Assembly (NCBI GenBank): GCA_021498095.1
Contig: JAIZWK010000001.1
Span: 1,080,001 to 1,112,000 of the forward strand
DNA: 32,000 bases
Reading direction: 5' to 3'
Source of the DNA: Candidatus Harpocratesius repetitus
GTDB lineage: Archaea > Asgardarchaeota > Lokiarchaeia > Sigyniarchaeales > Promethearchaeaceae
The notes under the pieces were generated by a model. That model did no database searches, had not been told where the DNA came from, and saw only the letters and a program-made list of their open reading frames with translations. The translations under genes and the position numbers were made by a program. Shown piece after piece: positions 25,869 through 32,000 of this stretch (its first letter is position 1; each line of letters begins with the position of its first letter).

Positions 25869-27886
25869 ATTCCTCCTGTAATTTTTTGATAAACAAAATC
25901 TGCTACCCGTTTCCCTGATATTGCATGATTAATTTTCCTCATAATCAAACCGGTTATTTGATTACATTGATATTGTAAATCATCAACACTTATCTTTACA
26001 GATTCTCCTTTTTTTGTATCTGAGTTGGTATTTTGGATTTGATATTTTCTTGATTTTCGCTGAAATGCATTAAAGGCCTCAAGTGCGTAAGCATATTCCT
26101 GTTCTAATTGGTTTTTTAATTGATTTTCATCGATTTTCTTTGCTCCAAAGCTGTCTAAAATTTGATTGAGCGAGAAAGTGGGGTGCTTGAGGGTAGAAAT
26201 AACTAAATCTTGTAAAAGTGCCCAATCATAGCGCTGATTTTGGGCCATTAACAATAATTCTGTTATTTTTTCATTCGAAAGCTTAAGTACATCAATTCCA
26301 TCCCGTTTTAATCCTAAAAGCGTCTCTTCTAAGAAGTGATAGACTCGTTTAGGTGGGATATGATGAAGATTCACCAAACGTTCAAATAATTCTATTCGTT
26401 CATGGCGGATTAATTCTGTCAACTGGTTAAATGTAATTCCATCTTTTCCACAATATTCTTTTTCATATTCCCAAGGGCGTTTTCTGACTTTGGAAGCCAA
26501 TTTTTCAATTGCATCCATGTCCATATCAAGGACTGGAGTATCTGTATCAGGATATAATCTTTCTTTTCCATGGATTACACGTAGAAATTCAGAATTTCCG
26601 TTGGGAAGTGCTTTTCGGGTCTCTTGGGGAACTCCATCAAATGCCATTTTAATACGTTCAATTACTTTTTTCATTGCATGAATTGTCCATTTTTGAGATC
26701 CTAAAGCGATCACATATGCATCATTTCCGCCGCATCCAAGAGTTTGAGTAATTTCATTATGTAATGAATCCGTGATACGTTGTTTAAAGTAATTATCTTC
26801 TGAAATGAAATTTGATTCAATCGCATCGGAGTGAAAGAGGTGTTTGATAGGGACTCCACTAATTAGCGATGCCTTTTCTAATATATCTTGGCCAAAATCT
26901 TTTCCTGGTTGTTCTTCTCTTCCCAAAATACCTTGAAGTTTGGGTAATCTAATTCCCATTATGATTGCCTTCTCTGGTATATCTGAAAAAAGATGGCTTA
27001 TATCTAAATATGTATGTTCAAAATCTTCTTTATGAAGTCCCCTTTGCTTTAATTCTTGAGCAATTTGTATAAGTGTATCTTGCCTGCAAATTTCATGACG
27101 GCATAATCTATCAAAATTTTCTAAATCTTGCACACCTTTCAATTCTACTCGGTCTCCCCCTTTAATACTGATATTTACATCTTGTCGGGCAGAACCAATT
27201 CCACGTCGTCCAATACCACTCAATCGCAAGATTAAACCTATAGTTTTAGCAGTTTTAATTAATTCTTCAGGGGTCGAAACATCCAAATAATCAGTAATTA
27301 CTTCTACTAATGGGATTCCTAATCGATCAAGGTTATAATAAACTGTTCGACCATTATTTTCAGTGCGAATTTTTCGAGCACTGTCTTCTTCAACTGTTAA
27401 ATTTGTGATTTTAATCTTTTTTCCATCAACCATTACCCATCCATCTCGGGCTACAATGGTTGTTCGTTGAAATCCAGTGGTAATACTTCCATCTAGATAC
27501 TGCTTCCGTGCAAAAATTATTTCATCTACCAATGCTTGACAATTTAACCAATGGGCTAATTCATAGCCACTCATTAAGGCTTCTTCATCGGGGTGCATAG
27601 GTGGTTGCTCATCTTGTTCATAGATGCAATCGCATTTTTCAAAAGCATGATATATAACCCGATAACCTTTTTCATATTCAATCAGCATTCCGGGGTCAAA
27701 ATCGCCCATTTCACCCAATACTGGTCTGAAATAGCGTTCAAATCGGTAATCTGGTGGAGTGGCGTTGGAAACCATGATTGGGGGGCAATGGCAAAAGAGT
27801 TTTCGTCGGGCATTGATTTGGTGATGAATTTCGAGTCCGGCATGAAAACCAATTTTAGTAAAATCAATTTTAGTTGGATCAAGCAT
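25865..27886 (-). CDS. gatE: Glu-tRNA(Gln) amidotransferase subunit E, copy 1 (divergent)
   Basis: GLEIH, KLFCHCP, DGSITTGFQRT, EEDSAR, DRLGIPLVE, RQDVNISIKGGDRVELKGVQ, insertion (GAD) domain, and RLYPDTD. Confidence 0.92.
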   Translation of the reverse strand: MLDPTKIDFTKIGFHAGLEIHHQINARRKLFCHCPPIMVSNATPPDYRFERYFRPVLGEMGDFDPGMLIEYEKGYRVIYHAFEKCDCIYEQDEQPPMHPDEEALMSGYELAHWLNCQALVDEIIFARKQYLDGSITTGFQRTTIVARDGWVMVDGKKIKITNLTVEEDSARKIRTENNGRTVYYNLDRLGIPLVEVITDYLDVSTPEELIKTAKTIGLILRLSGIGRRGIGSARQDVNISIKGGDRVELKGVQDLENFDRLCRHEICRQDTLIQIAQELKQRGLHKEDFEHTYLDISHLFSDIPEKAIIMGIRLPKLQGILGREEQPGKDFGQDILEKASLISGVPIKHLFHSDAIESNFISEDNYFKQRITDSLHNEITQTLGCGGNDAYVIALGSQKWTIHAMKKVIERIKMAFDGVPQETRKALPNGNSEFLRVIHGKERLYPDTDTPVLDMDMDAIEKLASKVRKRPWEYEKEYCGKDGITFNQLTELIRHERIELFERLVNLHHIPPKRVYHFLEETLLGLKRDGIDVLKLSNEKITELLLMAQNQRYDWALLQDLVISTLKHPTFSLNQILDSFGAKKIDENQLKNQLEQEYAYALEAFNAFQRKSRKYQIQNTNSDTKKGESVKISVDDLQYQCNQITGLIMRKINHAISGKRVADFVYQKITGGM

Positions 27887-27891
27887 AACTG

Positions 27892-27974
27892 CTCACAATG
27901 AACCACGATAAGGTAATATTTGTGTTAAGATCGGAACCTTTTTGAAGTCGTGGTTTTCGAGGAATGGAGGTGAG
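27892..27974 (-). promoter_or_regulatory. Candidate structured 5' leader of gatE1 (nested stems with an anti-SD-like sequence)
   Basis: Inverted repeats: AACCACGA/TCGTGGTT (27901-27908 / 27948-27955), AAGGT/ACCTT (27910-27914 / 27936-27940) and CTCAC/GTGAG (27892-27896 / 27970-27974). Confidence 0.3.
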
Positions 27975-28032
27975 ATGAAAAGGTAAAGAATGGGAAAAGA
28001 AGGGGAAAAGAATTGGAAAATATGAAAATAGC

Positions 28033-28443
28033 TTAAAGTGCTTGGAAATTCTTGAATTTAATATCGATTAGTTGATTGACTTTTTCTTCAATTTTCTTAG
28101 TATCAAAATTTGAAATATTCAATTGGGCTTTATTTTCTATATAAAGAGTGGTTGCAATCTCTCGTATAGACTTAATTTTGAACTCTCCCTTTAGATAAAA
28201 TACAAAATAGATTGATTTTTCAGCAAAAAAAAGATCTTTCGCAATTACAACCATGTATGTCAAATTTTCTCCCGAACCGAAAGTAATTGTTGCAATATCT
28301 TGCTTGAAAAGCTTTCTTCCCAGACTTCCAACCGCTGATACCATTCCACTCAGAAGAACAGCGTTAATTTCAATAAAACCTGCAAATGAACGAGTATAAA
28401 AGGGAAATCCTTGTGAATCACAAATTTGTATGCACAAAATCAT
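28033..28443 (-). CDS. Longin/roadblock-like small domain protein (Asgard type)
   Basis: 136 aa: N-terminal beta-hairpin ILCIQICDSQGFPFYTRSF, then helix LLSGMVSAVGSLGRKLF, the pattern typical of Asgard longin-like domains. Pattern recognition only. Confidence 0.6.
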   Translation of the reverse strand: MILCIQICDSQGFPFYTRSFAGFIEINAVLLSGMVSAVGSLGRKLFKQDIATITFGSGENLTYMVVIAKDLFFAEKSIYFVFYLKGEFKIKSIREIATTLYIENKAQLNISNFDTKKIEEKVNQLIDIKFKNFQAL

Positions 28444-28554
28444 GATATTTCTATGGAATTAAAAGAATGGCAAATTCATTAATATTTCTGTGATTTGTAA
28501 TATTATTGATTGATGATATATTAACTATAAAAATTATCGAAACCTTATGGTAAT

Positions 28555-30606
28555 ATGGGAAAAAGCATTGATTATAACGCGGTTGGGTTAAAATGTGGTA
28601 TTGAAATCCACCAACAGCTCGATTCTGCTACAAAACTCTTCTGTGCTTGTCCAAATCAACTTCAAGGTACGCGCGAACCTGATTTTCGAATTTTACGAAA
28701 GCAACGACCTGTTTTAGGGGAAGAAGGAAAATTCGATGAAGGTATGTTATCTGAATTTCTTAAGGGCGGTTCTGTCATTTATGAAGGCTATTATGATTGT
28801 ACGTGTACCTATGAATTGGATGAGACACCTCCTTTTAAATGTGATGAAGAGTGTATTGATATTGCGCTTGAGATTTGCGCTTTATTTAAAATGAATATTG
28901 TGCGTGAAATGCATGTTTGTCGGAAAAATTATGTTGACGGAAGTGTTCCTGCTGGATTTCAGAGAACTATGGAAATAGGTTATGATGGTAATCTGGATCT
29001 AAAAAATGGAAAAAAAATTGGAATTGAAAACATTTTTTTGGAAGAAGATGCAGCAAGGCGAATAAAAACACAAGGAAAGACTTCTTATTTTCGCGTTGAT
29101 AGATTAGGTATTCCTTTAGTGGAAATTACTACTACTCCTGATATACATGATCCAGAAGAAGCGAAAGAAACAGCTTATCGAATTGGGTTATTGCTGAGAT
29201 CGACGAATAAGGTCAAACGAATTATTGGGTCAACACGCCAAGATATTAATGTTTCAATTGCAGGTGGAGAACGAATTGAGATTAAAGGAGTGCAAAAATT
29301 GGATTGGATCCCAGAACTGATTCACAATGAAGTAATTCGTCAGCAAAAATTAATCGACATTAAGAATATTCTCAATCAAAAATCAATTTCACCAGATGAT
29401 ATTAGACGAGATCCTGTTGATTTAACGAAAATCTTCCAAAAAACAGAATGTCGGTTTGTAAAAGCTGGTATTAAACGAAAAGAAAAGTTCGTTGGTATGA
29501 AAATACCCGGATTTCATGGTATTTTTGGAACAGAGGTGCTTCCTAATCGAAGATTTGGGACAGAAGTTGCAGATAAAGTCAAAGTAATTGCAGGCTTGAA
29601 AGGATTAATTCATTCTGATGAAAATTTACTGGAGAAATATAATTTTTCACCGGAAGAAATCGCTCAAACTCGTCAAAAATTGAATATTCAAAACGATGAT
29701 CTTTTTATTTTATTACTGGCTTCAGGACAGGCATTAGAAACTGCTTTAGATGTAATCGTCGAAAGGTGTAAACAGGCATTCATTGGTGTGCCTGAAGAAA
29801 CACGACAAGCTAAAGAAGATGGGACTCATGTATTTTTACGGGAGTTGGGTGGTGAAAAGCGATTATATCCAGATACCGACACACCTCCTATCCTACTTTC
29901 AGAAGATCGCATAAAAAATATTAAAGAAAACATAGGGCCATATCCATGGGATATTATTGATGAATATGCGAAAAAGTATAATTTAGATCCTTTTCTGGTT
30001 GAAGATCTGATTATGGATGGAAAAATGGCTCTATTTAATGAGCTTATCGCAAAATATCCTGAAAATCCTATGTTAGTCATTCGGACAATTACTGATATGC
30101 TTAAAGTACTGCATAGGGAAGAAAAAAATATAAATACGCTCAAACCTTCGCATTTTCATGAATTATTTGCTGGTCTAAAGCAAGGAATTATTGCTAAAGA
30201 GGCAATGTTAGGTGTTTTACGAATTTGGACCGATTTTCCAGAAATTTCTCTAAAACAAGCAAAGAAAAAAATGGGAATAAAAACTACGGATTTAACTAAG
30301 TTAGATGGTATTATTGATGAGCTAGTTCAAAAAAATATGGAACTCATTAAGACAAGAGGCCGAGGTGCAATTGGGCCCTTAATGGGAGATCTAATGAAGA
30401 TTGTTGGGAGAGGTGCTGTTGATGGTAAGGTTCTATCTTCTAAATTGGCTCAAGCTATTGGTAAATTGATTTCCCAAGGAAACTCTACATCAGCAAATGA
30501 GAAAACAAAAAAGAAACAAAAAACAAAAAAACCTACAAAAAAAATTTCTCAATCCCCAAAAAATAACCCAAAGAAAACCACAAAAACAATTAAAGGTGAA
30601 AAATAA
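28555..30606 (+). CDS. gatE: Glu-tRNA(Gln) amidotransferase subunit E, copy 2 (closer to canonical, Lys-rich tail)
   Basis: GLKCGIEIHQQL, KLFCACP, DGSVPAGFQRT, EEDAAR, DRLGIPLVEITT, RQDINVSIAGGERIEIKGVQ, RRFGTEVAD, RLYPDTD, and a Yqey-like GPLMGDLMK...VDGK. Confidence 0.95.
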   Translation: MGKSIDYNAVGLKCGIEIHQQLDSATKLFCACPNQLQGTREPDFRILRKQRPVLGEEGKFDEGMLSEFLKGGSVIYEGYYDCTCTYELDETPPFKCDEECIDIALEICALFKMNIVREMHVCRKNYVDGSVPAGFQRTMEIGYDGNLDLKNGKKIGIENIFLEEDAARRIKTQGKTSYFRVDRLGIPLVEITTTPDIHDPEEAKETAYRIGLLLRSTNKVKRIIGSTRQDINVSIAGGERIEIKGVQKLDWIPELIHNEVIRQQKLIDIKNILNQKSISPDDIRRDPVDLTKIFQKTECRFVKAGIKRKEKFVGMKIPGFHGIFGTEVLPNRRFGTEVADKVKVIAGLKGLIHSDENLLEKYNFSPEEIAQTRQKLNIQNDDLFILLLASGQALETALDVIVERCKQAFIGVPEETRQAKEDGTHVFLRELGGEKRLYPDTDTPPILLSEDRIKNIKENIGPYPWDIIDEYAKKYNLDPFLVEDLIMDGKMALFNELIAKYPENPMLVIRTITDMLKVLHREEKNINTLKPSHFHELFAGLKQGIIAKEAMLGVLRIWTDFPEISLKQAKKKMGIKTTDLTKLDGIIDELVQKNMELIKTRGRGAIGPLMGDLMKIVGRGAVDGKVLSSKLAQAIGKLISQGNSTSANEKTKKKQKTKKPTKKISQSPKNNPKKTTKTIKGEK

Positions 30607-31997
30607 TGGTAGAAGAACAAGATATGAAGGATTACAGTGGATATAAACCCAATTCTGTTGCAATTATGAAGAAATTTGGTGTGAAATTATGGTATAAAAT
30701 CGAAATATTGTCTTCTAAAGGAACTGTTCAAGGTGTTGTCCTCCCCCGTAATAAATTTGCACCAGATGGATTTGTGGAGATTAAGCTTAAAAATGGTTAT
30801 AATATTGGGGTTCCTCTGGATAAAAATACTAAAATTAAGGTTATTGGTGAAGTTCCTCCCATGAAAGTTTCATTTGATCAACATATTCAACCAAAAAACA
30901 AAAATCTTCCAACTGTGTGTCTTTTAGGTACAGGGGGAACAATTGCTTCTCGATTGGATTACACAACAGGAGCAGTTATTCCAGCCTTTGAACCTGGGGA
31001 ATTATTTACCGCTGTCCCAGAACTGGCAAAAATTAGCAATATTGAAACTGAAGTTGTTTATCAACTCCTTTCTGAAAATCTTACACCCCAGAACTGGCTC
31101 GAATTAGCGAAAAAAATAGTAGAATTAGCGAAAACTAATATTGATGGTATTGTTATTGCCCATGGAACAGATACACTAAGTTATGCTTCTGCCGCTCTTT
31201 CTTTTCTTTTGAAAAATGTCTCAATTCCAATAGTTTTGGTTGGTTCTCAACGATCAAGTGATCGACCATCTTCTGATGCAGCTTTAAATTTAATTCATGC
31301 AGTTACTATTGCCAGTAAAGCAAATATTGGAGAAGTTGTTGTCTGTATGATGGGTTCCTCAGCACACGATTATGGATTCATTCATCGAGGTACAAGAGTG
31401 AGAAAAATGCATTCTTCTGCAAGACACACCTTTAGATCTATTGGAATTACACCTTTAGGTATGATCCGAGACGATGAAATTAAATACTTTTCTACAGAAA
31501 TCAAGCCAAGAGATTCAAAAAATCGTAAAAAAATGGAATGTTGGTCATCAATTGAAGAAAAAGTGGCTCTTATTTATTCCTATCCTGGAATGAAGGGCGA
31601 TATTCTTGATTTTTACTTGAATTCAGGATATAAAGGCATAGTATTTGCTGGTTCAGGGCTTGGACATTTACCAAAGACAATGTATCCTGCTTTGAAACGA
31701 GCATATGATGCAAAGATTCCGATATTGATGACTGTTCAAACGCTTTGGGGGTATACTGGAATGGATGTCTATGAAAGTGGCCGAGAATTGCAAGATTTAG
31801 GTGTTATTCCTGGAAAGAATATGCTCCCTGAAGTAGCATTTACCAAAATGTGTTGGGCATTAGGTAATTTCAATGAATATGAGAAGATTAGAGAAGTATT
31901 AACAACCAATATTGCTGGTGAAATTACATCAGGAGAATCAATGAATGGTTTTCAAATTTTTCAAGGCGTAGAACACACAATTTCACCCAAAGAATAA
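30606..31997 (+). CDS. gatD: Glu-tRNA(Gln) amidotransferase subunit D, copy 2
   Basis: GYNIGV, GTGGTIASRLDYTTGAV, HGTDT, GSQRSSDRPSSD and RVRKMHSS. TAATG stop/start overlap with gatE2. Confidence 0.95.
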   Translation: MVEEQDMKDYSGYKPNSVAIMKKFGVKLWYKIEILSSKGTVQGVVLPRNKFAPDGFVEIKLKNGYNIGVPLDKNTKIKVIGEVPPMKVSFDQHIQPKNKNLPTVCLLGTGGTIASRLDYTTGAVIPAFEPGELFTAVPELAKISNIETEVVYQLLSENLTPQNWLELAKKIVELAKTNIDGIVIAHGTDTLSYASAALSFLLKNVSIPIVLVGSQRSSDRPSSDAALNLIHAVTIASKANIGEVVVCMMGSSAHDYGFIHRGTRVRKMHSSARHTFRSIGITPLGMIRDDEIKYFSTEIKPRDSKNRKKMECWSSIEEKVALIYSYPGMKGDILDFYLNSGYKGIVFAGSGLGHLPKTMYPALKRAYDAKIPILMTVQTLWGYTGMDVYESGRELQDLGVIPGKNMLPEVAFTKMCWALGNFNEYEKIREVLTTNIAGEITSGESMNGFQIFQGVEHTISPKE

Positions 31998-32000
31998 ATC

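Noticed and set aside
27895-27910. T-box riboswitch in the gatE1 leader (UGGU could pair with a tRNA ACCA end)
   Set aside because: The full T-box consensus and stem I are absent, and T-boxes are not established in archaea.
27966-27986. Plus-strand GGAGGTGA followed by mini-ORF ATG AAA AGG TAA
   Set aside because: SD-to-ATG spacing of 1 nt is too short for initiation; more plausibly the complement of the minus-strand anti-SD-like sequence.
18140-30143. Short ORFs 18140..18340, 18767..18955, 22368..22715, 23974..24246, 26490..26681, 27593..27901, 27682..27906 and 29826..30143
   Set aside because: Alternative-frame or antisense shadows inside conserved genes.
24414-31997. gatDE duplication as an assembly artefact or inverted-repeat mobile element
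   Set aside because: The copies are highly diverged at protein level, there is no long nucleotide inverted repeat, and no transposase or recombinase was seen.

Overview
AT-rich archaeal chromosomal DNA, most likely from an Asgard (Lokiarchaeia-like) genome. This assignment is an inference from GatDE, aEF-1beta plus its zinc-ribbon neighbour, GGTGA Shine-Dalgarno motifs, a eukaryote-type ubiquitin precursor and a longin-like protein. From left to right the window holds: two divergent N6-adenine methyltransferases (the first, type ISP-like, runs off the left edge and is absent from the ORF track); a ubiquitin-like gene divergent from mutL; a geranylgeranyl-reductase family gene and an Lnt-like acyltransferase; a Zn-finger membrane protein; aEF-1beta and a 57-aa zinc-ribbon gene (also missed by the track); a membrane protein; a frameshifted gene remnant; an Asp/Glu racemase, an EamA/DMT transporter fused to an Lrp/AsnC ligand-binding domain, and a stand-alone Lrp/AsnC domain; two more adenine methyltransferases; a surface protein; three tandem Hsp20 genes behind a palindromic operator candidate; and an L-asparaginase. 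The most striking element is a mirror-image duplication gatD1<-gatE1<-longin | gatE2->gatD2. Both copies keep their catalytic motifs, but GatE1 has a remodelled insertion domain and C-terminal tRNA-binding domain, which suggests a second amidotransferase with altered specificity. No rRNA, tRNA, CRISPR array or transposase was recognised.
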